Of a stretch of DNA of 64,000 bases, positions 27,938 to 38,528 are shown piece after piece; position 1 is the stretch's first letter; the number at the start of each line of letters is the position of its first letter. This DNA comes from Eubacteriales bacterium (GTDB lineage Bacteria; Bacillota; Clostridia; Saccharofermentanales; UBA5734): NCBI GenBank assembly GCA_028685755.1, contig JAQUDJ010000001.1, forward strand, positions 113,208 through 177,207, read 5' to 3'. A program made the translations under genes and the position numbers. Under the pieces are notes generated by a model. The model was given only the letters and a program-made list of their open reading frames with translations. It made no database searches and was not told the DNA's origin.

Positions 27938-29056
27938 TTAGTTTGACTGGCCACGTTGCGCGAGGGGGCGACGCCCTTCGGCTTCTAAGAGTAAATCGAG
28001 CGTCGCAATTGCCGCTACGGCTTCAACAACAGGTACTGCGCGGGTCGCGATACATGGATCATGGCGGCCATGGATGACTAAGGTCTCCGCTGTTTTTGTT
28101 TTGAGATTAATGGTCTGTTGTTCGCGGCCAATCGAAGCGGTCGGTTTGAACCCAACTCGAAAGGAAATCGGCATGCCATTGCTGATGCCGCCATCAACTC
28201 CACCGCCGTGATTGGTCATCAGTCGAATCCCCGCACTAGAAAAAACGGGCGAATCATTATTTGTTGAACCTTTGCGTTTGGTGACAGCAAAACCATCGCC
28301 AAATTCGACACCTTTAACCGCAGGAATGGCAAATAGCAGGCTGCCAAGTCGCGATTCAATGCCATCAAAAATCGGGTTGCCGATCCCAGCTGGCACACCG
28401 ACAATCATCGTTTCGATGATGCCCCCGACTGAATCAAGGTTGGTTTTAGCGTCGAGAACAGCTGCTTGCATCGCTTCAGATGCGGTGTCAGAAATGACCG
28501 GCAGTGGCTTGTCCGCAAGCGCTGCATAGGCGGCGACGTCTGGGTTGACTGTATCCATCGGTAGATCACTGATGCCCGCGATCTCTTTAATATGCGAAAC
28601 AATTTGTATCTTGTGCTGTTTGAGGATCTGGCGACAAACGGCGCCGGCAAAAGTCAGAGGGGCAGTCAAGCGACCGGAAAAGTGGCCACTGCCTCGCGGA
28701 TCATTAAAACCGTCGTAGCGAACCATCCCAGTCAAATCAGCATGACCTGGTCGCGGTTTGATTTGGAGTTCTGAGTAATCACCTGAACGGGTGTCCGTGT
28801 TTTGGATCAATGCCGTCAAGGGGGTGCCAGTGGTGTACCCTTCAAACAGACCCGATACGATCTGGGGTTCGTCTGCTTCAACCCGCGGTGTTGACCAGGC
28901 GGTGCGACCGGGTGCGCGGCGCTTCATGAAAGCTCTGATATCATCAAGATCGAGATGATGGCCGGACGGCAAGCCGTCGATCACAACCCCAATCGTGGGG
29001 CCGTGAGATTCGCCAAATATACTGATAGTCAGCAGATTACCCCACATGGAGCTCAT
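27938..29056 (-). CDS. aroC: Chorismate synthase
   Basis: FGESHGP.IG.VIDG and other AroC motifs. The start is set at the ATG at 29056, with GGGAGG 9 nt upstream. The ORF track extends to 29164 inside aroA. Confidence 0.92.
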   Translation of the reverse strand: MSSMWGNLLTISIFGESHGPTIGVVIDGLPSGHHLDLDDIRAFMKRRAPGRTAWSTPRVEADEPQIVSGLFEGYTTGTPLTALIQNTDTRSGDYSELQIKPRPGHADLTGMVRYDGFNDPRGSGHFSGRLTAPLTFAGAVCRQILKQHKIQIVSHIKEIAGISDLPMDTVNPDVAAYAALADKPLPVISDTASEAMQAAVLDAKTNLDSVGGIIETMIVGVPAGIGNPIFDGIESRLGSLLFAIPAVKGVEFGDGFAVTKRKGSTNNDSPVFSSAGIRLMTNHGGGVDGGISNGMPISFRVGFKPTASIGREQQTINLKTKTAETLVIHGRHDPCIATRAVPVVEAVAAIATLDLLLEAEGRRPLAQRGQSN

Positions 29057-30251
29057 GACAGTCGCCTCCCAAACGTTCGAATTCTTGGAAAAAATCGGGG
29101 TATGATTTGCGGACCGCGCCAGCATGGCTGATCGTGACCCCGTGTTGAGTCGATAGTCCGGCAATCGCCAAGGCCATTGCTATTCGATGATCGCCATGTG
29201 AATCGGCTTGGCCGCCGGTCCACATATGCTGACCCTTGATAACGAGCGTGTCCCCCTCGATCGTGATGTCGGCTCCAATCGCATTGAGAACAGCTGCCGT
29301 AACCGTCAGCCGATCACTTTCCTTGAGGCGCAACCGTGCGCCATTGATGATCCGCGTGACACCCGGGGTCATTCCAGCAGCAACTGCTAGAATCGGCACA
29401 AGATCAGGGATCTGTGCCGAATCAATGATATAGGGTTCACCGGCAGCTCGTGGCCGTTTTAGGCCCGCTAAGATTGTTAGAATTGCGCGATCACCCTGAG
29501 CCGAATGGACTGGCAGGTCAGACAGCTTGATTTCACTGCCGAGGTAATTGGCCGTGAGCCAAAAAGCGGCCTGAGAGTAATCCTTTTCAACTGTGTAAGT
29601 AGTTTTCGTCAATTTTTGTGGCCCACTTATCACAAAGCCCGCCTCGGTAGTCGTGACGGCAACGCCGAATTCACTAAGTGTCCGACGCGTCATTTCGACA
29701 TAAGGTGCGGATTCCAGGGGGCTCGTTAATTCGATTGTCGAATCACCCTCGACCAGCGGTAAAGCTAGTAATAGCCCTGACAAATACTGCGAACTAATAT
29801 GGCCTGGAACATGAAACGATCCAGACTGCAATCGCCCGCGAATGGTCAGTGGCAAACTGCCTTCAGTAGGAAATTCAAGCTCAACGCCCTTCCCGCCCAG
29901 AATATTTTGGTACTCCTGTAGCGGACGCTGTGGCAAACGCCCAGACCCGATAAAGGTTGCCGTCACGCCAAGTGCGGCAGCCACCGGGATTAAAAGTCGC
30001 AACGTTGTGCCTGATTCGTGGCAGTCCAAGATGACTGGTTGTCTGTGCTCGTTATGTGCGGCTTGCATTAAGACCTGTAGGCAGTGCTTCGTCGCGATCA
30101 AATCATCGGATGGATGCAAACCAATCCCGTGAACGAGAGCAAGATCGCCCGCCAAGGCCGCACAAATGAGTGCGCGATGGGCGTCACTTTTTGATGGAGG
30201 CGGTGTGAGCGACCCCTTCAGGTGACCTGGGCGAATCAGGCGTTCAGGCAC
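29037..30251 (-). CDS. aroA: EPSP synthase
   Basis: 404 aa. Motifs are PPSKSDAHRALI, LKESDR and DHRIAMA. Confidence 0.94.
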   Translation of the reverse strand: MPERLIRPGHLKGSLTPPPSKSDAHRALICAALAGDLALVHGIGLHPSDDLIATKHCLQVLMQAAHNEHRQPVILDCHESGTTLRLLIPVAAALGVTATFIGSGRLPQRPLQEYQNILGGKGVELEFPTEGSLPLTIRGRLQSGSFHVPGHISSQYLSGLLLALPLVEGDSTIELTSPLESAPYVEMTRRTLSEFGVAVTTTEAGFVISGPQKLTKTTYTVEKDYSQAAFWLTANYLGSEIKLSDLPVHSAQGDRAILTILAGLKRPRAAGEPYIIDSAQIPDLVPILAVAAGMTPGVTRIINGARLRLKESDRLTVTAAVLNAIGADITIEGDTLVIKGQHMWTGGQADSHGDHRIAMALAIAGLSTQHGVTISHAGAVRKSYPDFFQEFERLGGDCHELHVG

Positions 30252-31305
30252 GGCTCAAGACCTCAGATAAGACTCTTTTTAAGTCATTGGCATCCATCGG
30301 GTTGAGCACCGCTTCGCCGATTTTGTTCAGTAAAATGTAATACAATTTGCCAGCTAGGCGCTTTTTGTCGGAATGAATGGCCGGCATGAGCTCGTCAGCG
30401 GACCACGTGCATTCGGTCGGCAATTGATAATGGCTAAGGACTTGGCGCAAACGGTCGGTGGTTCCAGCGGGCGTTTTGCCTAGTTTTTCACCAATTTGCG
30501 AGGCAACCATCATACCAATGGCTACAGCTTCACCGTGTGTCAACGTTGTGTAGCCCGTGACTTTTTCGATGGCATGGCCAACGGTATGGCCAAAATTGAG
30601 CAGCATCCGTTCGCCAGAGTCGCGCTCATCGGCAGCGACAACGGTGGTTTTGATGCGGACGCAGCGTTCAAGGACCCATTCCAAGTCATAGGTCTGGCTT
30701 TCGATCTGGTCGAATAAGCGTTCATCACGGATCAAGCCATATTTGATGACTTCCGCCATACCTTCGGACATACGGGCACGCGAGAGGGTGCGCAGGACGA
30801 GCGGGTCAAGCACGACGGCTTTGGGTTGGTAAAATGCGCCGGCGAGGTTTTTGCCGAAGGGCAGATCAATCGCAGTTTTACCACCAATTGACGAGTCAAC
30901 TTGAGCGAGCAAAGTCGTCGGGATCTGAATCAGCGGCACGCCACGCAAATAGGTCGCCGCTGCAAAGCCGGTGACATCGCCGACGACGCCACCGCCGAGA
31001 GCAATGATTAAATCTGAGCGAGATAACCCAGCTTGATGAAATTGTTCGTATAGTGTGAAAAGTGTCGTAGCTGTTTTGGAGCCTTCACCCGCTGCAAAGG
31101 CATAGCCGGCAACAGAAAAGCCGGCAGATTCGAGGGATTTTGCAACTTGTGAATAATAAAGTGGGTACACCGTTTCATCACTGACCACAAAAGCTTTGCG
31201 GCCAACGACGGCCTCCGCCGCTAAGTGACCGACAAGATTGAGGGCACCGTTTTTGATCAGGATTGGGTAATCACCGCTGGATGTACTGGCAATCAGTTCT
31301 GGCAT
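30244..31305 (-). CDS. aroB: 3-dehydroquinate synthase
   Basis: GGGVVGD.TGFAAATY.RG and other AroB motifs. AAGGAGG lies 5 nt upstream of the ATG at 31305. Confidence 0.93.
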   Translation of the reverse strand: MPELIASTSSGDYPILIKNGALNLVGHLAAEAVVGRKAFVVSDETVYPLYYSQVAKSLESAGFSVAGYAFAAGEGSKTATTLFTLYEQFHQAGLSRSDLIIALGGGVVGDVTGFAAATYLRGVPLIQIPTTLLAQVDSSIGGKTAIDLPFGKNLAGAFYQPKAVVLDPLVLRTLSRARMSEGMAEVIKYGLIRDERLFDQIESQTYDLEWVLERCVRIKTTVVAADERDSGERMLLNFGHTVGHAIEKVTGYTTLTHGEAVAIGMMVASQIGEKLGKTPAGTTDRLRQVLSHYQLPTECTWSADELMPAIHSDKKRLAGKLYYILLNKIGEAVLNPMDANDLKRVLSEVLSRA

Positions 31306-31315
31306 GTTGTCCTCC

Positions 31316-32332
31316 TTAAATGGTGCGACCGACTGCTTCGGCAACGGGGCGCAGTTTGCCCATCAGGTCGGTAAAACCCTCCGGTGTCAAGGACTGCGGG
31401 CCATCCGACAAAGCGTGCTTAGGATCGTTATGAACTTCAATAATCAAACCATCTGCACCGGCAACGACTGCGGCCATAGCGAGGGGTTCGACCAGCCAGG
31501 CGATTCCGCCGGCGTGACTCGGGTCAACAAACACGGGTAAATGGGTTTTGCTTTTGAGGACAGGTATAGCACTGATATCAAGGGTGTTGCGGGTGCTCGT
31601 TTCAAACGTTCTGATCCCGCGTTCGCAGAGGATAACATTCTGATTGCCGCCACTCATGATGTATTCCGCTGACATCAGCAGTTCATCAATCGTATTCGCA
31701 AAGCCACGTTTGAGGAGGATCGGTTTTTTGACACGGCCCAGTTCTTTGAGGAGTTCAAAATTCTGCATGTTGCGCGTGCCAACTTGGATCATATCAACAA
31801 ATTCCATAAAGAGCTCAAGTTGGGCGGGGTTGGTGATTTCGGATACAACCGGCAGGCCGGTGGATTGACGGGCACGCTTCATATACATCAGGCCTTCGGC
31901 TTTGAGGCCTTGGAAAGCATAGGGCGAGGTGCGGGGTTTGAAGGCGCCGCCACGCAATAAGGTTGCACCAGAGGCTTGGACTTGTTCAGCGATCAATCGG
32001 ATTTGATCTTCTGATTCGACTGAGCACGGGCCAGCAGCAACGATAATTTTCTTTTCGCCTACTTTGACCCCGTTGATGTCGATAATCGAATTGTCCGGAT
32101 GGAATTTACGATTAGCACGTTTGTAAGGCTCTTGCACTTTCATGACGCGTTCGACAACGTCGTTTTGTTCGACGGCATCAATCTCAATGCTTGAGGTGTC
32201 GCCGACTAGGCCGACAATCGTGGTGCCTTCGCCAAAAATCGGACTTGTTTGCACACCATAGCTCGAATGGAGCCAGGCACAGAGTTCGTCTACTTTGTCG
32301 CGGGATGTACCTTGTTTTAAGATTAAAATCAT
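31316..32332 (-). CDS. aroF: DAHP synthase, type I-beta with an N-terminal ferredoxin-like regulatory domain
   Basis: The KDSA-like barrel is GPCS.ES and LKRG. The N-terminal domain of about 70 aa begins MILILKQG.. Confidence 0.9.
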   Translation of the reverse strand: MILILKQGTSRDKVDELCAWLHSSYGVQTSPIFGEGTTIVGLVGDTSSIEIDAVEQNDVVERVMKVQEPYKRANRKFHPDNSIIDINGVKVGEKKIIVAAGPCSVESEDQIRLIAEQVQASGATLLRGGAFKPRTSPYAFQGLKAEGLMYMKRARQSTGLPVVSEITNPAQLELFMEFVDMIQVGTRNMQNFELLKELGRVKKPILLKRGFANTIDELLMSAEYIMSGGNQNVILCERGIRTFETSTRNTLDISAIPVLKSKTHLPVFVDPSHAGGIAWLVEPLAMAAVVAGADGLIIEVHNDPKHALSDGPQSLTPEGFTDLMGKLRPVAEAVGRTI

Positions 32333-33720
32333 TAGGTCTTTCCTCCGAGTCCTAGGATCGATGTGATCCTCTTTAATTTTGTTTCCAATGCCTGATCGGC
32401 GTCAATGGTCAAATCGGCAATTGTTGCATAAATTGGGCGGCGAATTTCATAAAGTTTCGCCAGACGTTCCCGTTCGCCTCCAGCAATCAGCGGGCGGCCA
32501 GCACCATCGCCGACGCGATGTTCGATCGTTTGCAGACTTGCATCGAGATAAATAACCAGAGCGGGATGGGCGCGGACAATTGATTGAGCCTCTGGACTCA
32601 GGAGGGCTCCGCCACCGGTTGCGAGAATTTGGCAGTGCTCGGCTTGCAACGCTTGATCTAGGGCCGTGCGCTCAAGTAAACGAAATGCCGGTTCGCCTGC
32701 AGTAGCAAATAGTTCTGGGATGGTGCGTTTGGCAGCTTTTTCGACTTGCGCGTCGAGATCGATCAGTGGCCAACCGAGGCTTGCCGCGAGTTCGCGACCG
32801 AGACGACTTTTGCCGCTGCCCATAAAACCAACAAGAATGAGCGTCAGAGGCGAGTGGCGGTATATTTCGGCTGTCAGTTCTTGGGCAATTTCAGAAGCTG
32901 CTGCTAAAGATATTTCAGCCTGTGGATTCCAGCGTTGCTGGGCTAAAATAGCTTGATTGACGAGCATCCCAAGTCCTGTTTTGGCTGGTATCCCGTGCGC
33001 TTGCGCTATCAAGACCAATTTAGTCGCATAGGGATTATAAATCGTATCATAAACAGCCTGCGCCTGCGCAATAATTGCTTCAGAAATTGGTAAAGCACCC
33101 ATTTTCGGCCACATACCAAGCGGTGTTCCATTCAAAATGACCCAACGCGCAGCGGCGTCTGGTAAAACGGAGGACCACGCACGGTTTGGTTCATCGGTGA
33201 TCGCAATTGGGCAGTTTGGGTAACAGGCTAGCACGGCAGCCGCCAGACGATTGGCTTTTTCTAAGTTGCGTGCGAGAATCAGGATTTCTTTCGCGCCACG
33301 CATGGCTGCGGCAAAAGCAAGCGTCCGACTGACTCCACCCGCCCCGAGAATCAGAACCCGTTGATTCGCTAATTCGGGTGCATCGGCGAGGAAACCTTCG
33401 AGATCAGTATTATAACCAATCGTTTGACCCGCAGCATTGCGCACTACAGTATTGACCGCACCAATTTGCTGCGCGAGTGGATCGATCTGATCGAGAACAG
33501 ACATCACGTCTTGCTTATATGGAATTGTGATGTTAAAGCCGTCAAAATCTTGAATCAAGTGTCGCAGTTGAGTTTGTAAATTTTCGGGTGCTGTTGGCAA
33601 CAATTCATACGAACCGGAGAGCCCGGCACGTGCTATCAGACGGTGATGAATTTGCGGGGATAAACTATGCCCGAGCGGATAACCGAGCAAGCCATAGCGC
33701 GCCGAATTAGTCACACTCAT
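32332..33720 (-). CDS. aroE: Fusion protein: shikimate dehydrogenase (AroE) plus shikimate kinase (AroK)
   Basis: The N-terminal 280 aa or so are AroE ([18 protein letters not shown]). The C-terminal 170 aa or so are a shikimate kinase ([15 protein letters not shown]). Confidence 0.9.
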   Translation of the reverse strand: MSVTNSARYGLLGYPLGHSLSPQIHHRLIARAGLSGSYELLPTAPENLQTQLRHLIQDFDGFNITIPYKQDVMSVLDQIDPLAQQIGAVNTVVRNAAGQTIGYNTDLEGFLADAPELANQRVLILGAGGVSRTLAFAAAMRGAKEILILARNLEKANRLAAAVLACYPNCPIAITDEPNRAWSSVLPDAAARWVILNGTPLGMWPKMGALPISEAIIAQAQAVYDTIYNPYATKLVLIAQAHGIPAKTGLGMLVNQAILAQQRWNPQAEISLAAASEIAQELTAEIYRHSPLTLILVGFMGSGKSRLGRELAASLGWPLIDLDAQVEKAAKRTIPELFATAGEPAFRLLERTALDQALQAEHCQILATGGGALLSPEAQSIVRAHPALVIYLDASLQTIEHRVGDGAGRPLIAGGERERLAKLYEIRRPIYATIADLTIDADQALETKLKRITSILGLGGKT

Positions 33721-34813
33721 AACCGGCCTCTTTCAGCAACCAGGCCGCCTTGGCCGCCTGTGCTGAATCGGGGAGCAACAGTTGCAAGCTCCCGCCTTCA
33801 TAAGTGCGGAATTCCCGAATACGGAGATTGGTAATATTAATTTCACTTTGACCCAAAAGAGTCGTAATTTTGCCGATCACACCAGGCACGTCGGGAATAT
33901 ATACATTAAGAATGCTTTGCGCTAACAATGCACCACGGCCATCGAGTGGCAAAGAACCCCGGAAATGCGAGGCTTGGAAAAAATACTGCCGCATCGATTC
34001 GATTGATTGTTCGCCGAGATCTCCGCGAAACTCTTGGAGAATTGCAATATATTGATCGATCAATGGCAGGAGCTCGGTGCGCGATTCTAGGCTTATCCCT
34101 GCCCACAAACTTGCGTCTGACGAAGCGATGCGCGTAATGTCGCGAAAGCCTCCCGCGGCAAGTCGGTTGACATTGTTATCGCCCTGGCGCGCGGCTAACA
34201 AGGCAAGTGCCGCAGCGGCAACATGTGGCAAATGGCTGACAGCTGCCACCGCGCGGTCATGTGCTGAAGCATTAAGAGTCATTGGCGTGGAGCCGATCGC
34301 CTTGATGAGATTTTCGAGCAAATGGATTTCCTGAGCCTTGATCGCTGAATCTTCCGGCAGGCAGAGCACGTATACAGCATTTTCAAATAGAATTTCATTC
34401 GCATTGTGGTAACCATGTTTTTCGGAACCGGCCATCGGATGACCGCCCACAAAGCGATCATCGGTTATTTGATCTAACACAGGTTTTTTGACGCTAGCCA
34501 CATCGGTTAGGATCGCCGTTGTGTATGGTCTGACCGCGCGCACTAATTCAGGAATTGTAGACGGCGGCGTGCAGATAAAGACAACGGTGCAGTCTTGTAG
34601 CAAAGTCCAATCTTTTGTCGCAGATCCAGCAACGAGGACGTGGTCGGCTATTCCTTGTGCGACTGCTTGAGCATCGAGATCAAAGCCAATGACCTGAACG
34701 TGTGCACGTGCGGTTAACGCTTTGGCAAGCGAACCGCCGATCAGGCCAAGGCCAATCACACCAATACGAATCGGTGGATTTGCGGCGAGTTGGACTTGTT
34801 GCGCTGTGTTCAT
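33707..34813 (-). CDS. tyrA: Prephenate dehydrogenase with a C-terminal ACT domain
   Basis: Rossmann motif IGVIGLGLIGGS plus the HPMAG motif. GAGGAG lies 9 nt upstream of the ATG at 34813. Confidence 0.9.
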   Translation of the reverse strand: MNTAQQVQLAANPPIRIGVIGLGLIGGSLAKALTARAHVQVIGFDLDAQAVAQGIADHVLVAGSATKDWTLLQDCTVVFICTPPSTIPELVRAVRPYTTAILTDVASVKKPVLDQITDDRFVGGHPMAGSEKHGYHNANEILFENAVYVLCLPEDSAIKAQEIHLLENLIKAIGSTPMTLNASAHDRAVAAVSHLPHVAAAALALLAARQGDNNVNRLAAGGFRDITRIASSDASLWAGISLESRTELLPLIDQYIAILQEFRGDLGEQSIESMRQYFFQASHFRGSLPLDGRGALLAQSILNVYIPDVPGVIGKITTLLGQSEINITNLRIREFRTYEGGSLQLLLPDSAQAAKAAWLLKEAGYECD

Positions 34814-34826
34814 TTGGGCAGGCTCC

Positions 34827-36134
34827 TCAATATTTACGGTTATCAATGACGCGCTTGGCTTTACCTTCACTGCGCGGCAGTGATCGCGGCTCGACTAAGG
34901 TGACTTTGGCGGCAATGCCAAGGGTTGACTGAATATCAGCTGTCAGGCGCCGTTCTATGTTTTCGATTTCACGAATCGAGTCCGAGAAAAAGATTTTTGA
35001 CATTTCAATTTGGACTTCGAGTTTGTCGAGGTTATTTATGCGGTCAACGTAAATCATATAATGGGGCTCGAGCTCACCATACGTAAGAAGAATCGACTCA
35101 ATCTGGCTCGGAAAGACGTTGACGCCGCGGATGATCAGCATGTCGTCAGCACGTCCTGTGACTTTTTCCATACGTACGGTTGTTCGCCCGCAAGCACATG
35201 GGCCATAGTAGAGCCGGGTCAAATCATGGGTGTTGTAGCGCAAAAGAGGCGTACCTTGTTTCGTTACACTTGAGAAAACAAGTTCACCGAGTTCACCTTC
35301 ACCAAGGACTTTGCCGGTATCCGGGTCTACAACTTCGGCAATGAAATGATCCGATTGAATGTGTAAGAGATCAGAATGTTCGCAGCTCATAGCAACCCCT
35401 GGGCCAAGTGTTTCGGATAACCCATAGATATCAAAAGCACGAATACCGAGGCGGTCTTCGATCTGACGTTTCATTTCTAATGTCCACGGCTCAGCACCGA
35501 ATATCCCGACTTTAAGCGCTAATTGCGATTTATCGATGCCATGAGCATCCATTTCATCAGCGAGATGGAGTGCGTAGCTCGGTGTACAGGCCAAAGCGGT
35601 CGGTTGAAAATCGACTAATATATCGAGTTGACGTTTGGTATTGCCAGATGAAACGGGAATAACCATGACGCCCATTCGTTCCGCGCCATAATGAACGCCT
35701 AAGCCTCCGGTGAAAAGGCCATAACCATAAGCAATATGCAAGGTATCTTCGTTAGTCAGACCGGTCATCGCCAGTGAGCGACTAATACATTCAGCCCACA
35801 GGTCGATATCGGCTTTGGTGTAGCCGACAACTTTTTGCTTACCTGTTGTACCCGAGGAAGCATGAACGCGGACAATTTGAGAGAGTGGCACAGCAAACGT
35901 GCCATAGGGGTAGTTGTCGCGCAAATCTTGCTTATCGGTGAAAGGCAACTTGGCTAGATCGTCAACGTCCGTTATGTCTTCCGGTTTCAGACCAGATGCT
36001 TGCATTTTTTCGGTATAAAACGGAACGGTGCCATAGATGCGCTTGACACAATCAACCAAACGCTCACCCTGAAGTGTTCGCAGGGCTTCTCCAGATAAAG
36101 TTTCCTTTGCTTGATCCCAGATATAGCCTGTCAT
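34827..36134 (-). CDS. Phenylacetate-CoA ligase family adenylate-forming enzyme (PaaK-like)
   Basis: PaaK-type motifs (SSGTTGK, YGLSE, a C-terminal ACT-like domain with KAKRV.D). GGAGG lies 9 nt upstream of the ATG at 36134. Confidence 0.85.
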   Translation of the reverse strand: MTGYIWDQAKETLSGEALRTLQGERLVDCVKRIYGTVPFYTEKMQASGLKPEDITDVDDLAKLPFTDKQDLRDNYPYGTFAVPLSQIVRVHASSGTTGKQKVVGYTKADIDLWAECISRSLAMTGLTNEDTLHIAYGYGLFTGGLGVHYGAERMGVMVIPVSSGNTKRQLDILVDFQPTALACTPSYALHLADEMDAHGIDKSQLALKVGIFGAEPWTLEMKRQIEDRLGIRAFDIYGLSETLGPGVAMSCEHSDLLHIQSDHFIAEVVDPDTGKVLGEGELGELVFSSVTKQGTPLLRYNTHDLTRLYYGPCACGRTTVRMEKVTGRADDMLIIRGVNVFPSQIESILLTYGELEPHYMIYVDRINNLDKLEVQIEMSKIFFSDSIREIENIERRLTADIQSTLGIAAKVTLVEPRSLPRSEGKAKRVIDNRKY

Positions 36135-36171
36135 GATGCACATCCTCCAACACTTAACTGGTTTTACAATA

Positions 36172-36224
36172 ATGAAAAATCCGCTTGATCACAAGCCTTT
36201 CCGCCGTCTTGGCGTCATAAGCGG
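36172..36224 (-). terminator. Candidate tex terminator
   Basis: On the minus strand, CCGCTT...AAGCGG is a 6-bp closing stem around an inner CGCC/GGCG hairpin, followed by ATTTTTC. The structure is weak to moderate. Confidence 0.4.
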
Positions 36225-36288
36225 CAGATTCAGATGTTTTTCATGCAGATTATTAACGAAATATGCCGAGCAGGTGACTTCGCCGCGG

Positions 36289-38415
36289 TCACAAGCCTTT
36301 CATGGAAAGGGCAATTCGTTTGCGTTCAATGTCAACTGAAATCACGCGAACGTTGACAGCTTGGCCAATTTTGACAACAGTCTGGGGATCGCGAACAAAG
36401 TGATCGGCCAGTTCTGAAACATGCACAAGACCGTCTTGGTGCAAACCAAGATCAACAAATGCCCCGAAATCGGCTACATTGCGAACGACGCCTTGGACAA
36501 CCATGCCGGGCTGGAGATCTTTGATGTCAAGAATCGCTTGATCCAAAATCGGCTGGGCCAAATCGTCGCGCGGGTCACGGCCGGGTCGCGCTAACGTTTC
36601 AAGAATATCGGCTAAGGTGAATTCACCGATTTCAAGTTGGCCAGCGAGTGCAGCTACGTCCTGTTGACGAGCCTTATCTGCTAAATCCGGATTAATCGAA
36701 GATTTGAGGAGTTTGGCTAATTTTTGGACCTTTGCGTAGCTTTCGGGGTGAACGGAAGTGTTATCAAGGGGATCTGCTGCGCCGGGAATTCGTAAAAAGC
36801 CAGCTGCCTGTTCAAAGGCTTTCGGTCCGAGCCGTGGGACTTGCAACAGTTGCTTGCGCGACGTAAACGCCCCTTTGCTTTCGCGATATTCAACGATTGA
36901 TTTCGCTAAAGCCGGGGTGATGCCAGCAACGTAGCCAAGTAAGGATGGTGAGGCAGTGTTCAGATCGACGCCCACTTCGTTGACACAAGATTCGACTACC
37001 CCTCCCAAAGATCCGGCGAGGCGTTTCTGATTCATATCGTGCTGGTATTGACCAACACCGATCGATTGCGGATCGATTTTGACCAATTCGGCCAACGGAT
37101 CTTGGACGCGACGAGCAATTGACACAGCACTGCGGACATTGACGTCAAGCTCTGGGAATTCCGCTGCCGCAAGTGGTGAAGCTGAATAAATTGATGCCCC
37201 AGCTTCACTGACAACAAGGCATTGCACTTTTTTACCTGAGTCTGCTATCCAGCCTCGGGCAAATTGCTCTGTTTCACGTGACGCTGTGCCATTGCCGATA
37301 ACGATTAAGTCAAATGTGTAGCGAGTATACAGTCGATCTAATGCTTCTGATGCTTCCGTCAATTTGAAAGCTGACGTCGTTGGATAAATCACCCCGGTTT
37401 GTAGCATCAGCCCCGTGGGATTAACAACGGCCATTTTGCAGCCGTTGCGATAGCCTGGATCTAGTCCAAGAATCGTGCGACCGCGCACTGGCGGAACCAT
37501 TAAGAGACTGCGCAAATTTTCAGCAAAAACGGTGATTGCTTTTTCTTGAGCGCGACTTGTCAGTTCACTCCGGATTTCATTGCTTAAAGACGGCTCGATC
37601 AAGCGTTTCCACGCATCGCTCAAGGCTTTAAGGATGAGTTCACGGCAACTACTCTGGGGACGAATTGTCCGCTGTTCGATTAACTCGAGAGCAGCCTCCG
37701 GAATCACCTCAAGCGACACGGCTAGAAATGCTTCGCGTTCACCGCGATCAATCGCTAAAACTCGATGGTCAGCAATTCGTTTAAGCGGTTCGGTATAGGC
37801 ATAATACTGGCGGTAGACGCTATCTTCTTTCTTTTTAGCTTTAGCGACAATCAGACCTTCGCGCCAAATCAACGCGCGCAAGCTGGCACGAATTGCCGGA
37901 TCATCCGCCAATTGCTCAGCGATGATATCCAAGGCGCCATCGATCGCGGCTTGTGTGCTCTCGAGCTCTGGCGTGACCGCTATTTTAGCTGCAGCAGCCC
38001 GATTGATTTCGGAAAAAAGCGCTTTTTGTTGCCAGATCATCTCAGCCAAATCACCGAGGCCTAGAGCCTTGGCGACGGATGCCCGAGTTTTCCGTTTCGG
38101 GCGGAAGGGTCGGTATAAGTCCTCAATTCGAGTTAAACTTTCGGCACGTGTAACAGCTTTCAATACTGCGTCATCTGTTATACCCTGTTCACCCAAAAGA
38201 CGTAAAACATCCGCACGTCGTGCTTCGAGTGCGCGTAAATTTTCGAGTTGTTCCGCAAATGAACGCAGGACTTGATCGTCAAGATTACCGGTCACTTCTT
38301 TGCGATACCGCGCAATGAAGGGTATCGTCGCACCTTCGTCTAGCAAGGTAATAATTTGGCCGACAACCGCCGGGCTGACCTGCAAATTATGGCTGAGTTT
38401 GTCGGCAATATTCAC
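36289..38415 (-). CDS. tex: Tex-like transcription accessory protein (S1 RNA-binding domain)
   Basis: LLDEGATIPFIARYRKE, a YqgF/HhH region and a C-terminal S1 domain. The start is probably the GTG at 38415, with AAGGAG 8 nt upstream. The ORF track gives 38424. Confidence 0.92.
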   Translation of the reverse strand: MNIADKLSHNLQVSPAVVGQIITLLDEGATIPFIARYRKEVTGNLDDQVLRSFAEQLENLRALEARRADVLRLLGEQGITDDAVLKAVTRAESLTRIEDLYRPFRPKRKTRASVAKALGLGDLAEMIWQQKALFSEINRAAAAKIAVTPELESTQAAIDGALDIIAEQLADDPAIRASLRALIWREGLIVAKAKKKEDSVYRQYYAYTEPLKRIADHRVLAIDRGEREAFLAVSLEVIPEAALELIEQRTIRPQSSCRELILKALSDAWKRLIEPSLSNEIRSELTSRAQEKAITVFAENLRSLLMVPPVRGRTILGLDPGYRNGCKMAVVNPTGLMLQTGVIYPTTSAFKLTEASEALDRLYTRYTFDLIVIGNGTASRETEQFARGWIADSGKKVQCLVVSEAGASIYSASPLAAAEFPELDVNVRSAVSIARRVQDPLAELVKIDPQSIGVGQYQHDMNQKRLAGSLGGVVESCVNEVGVDLNTASPSLLGYVAGITPALAKSIVEYRESKGAFTSRKQLLQVPRLGPKAFEQAAGFLRIPGAADPLDNTSVHPESYAKVQKLAKLLKSSINPDLADKARQQDVAALAGQLEIGEFTLADILETLARPGRDPRDDLAQPILDQAILDIKDLQPGMVVQGVVRNVADFGAFVDLGLHQDGLVHVSELADHFVRDPQTVVKIGQAVNVRVISVDIERKRIALSMKGL

Positions 38416-38528
38416 GTCGGACACTCCTTGTTTTTCCTTTGGTCACACTATGATAACATATTCGGTATAAGCTAATCGGGTACACCCTGTGGCACAATGA
38501 CACCATATGAGGAGGCCAAAGACAGCCC

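Noticed and set aside
36189-36218. The 9-codon sORF MTPRRRKGL inside the tex/paaK spacer was considered as an aromatic-amino-acid leader peptide.
   Set aside because: It contains no Phe, Tyr or Trp codons and has no RBS. Its resemblance to the tex C-terminus comes from the 13-nt duplication.
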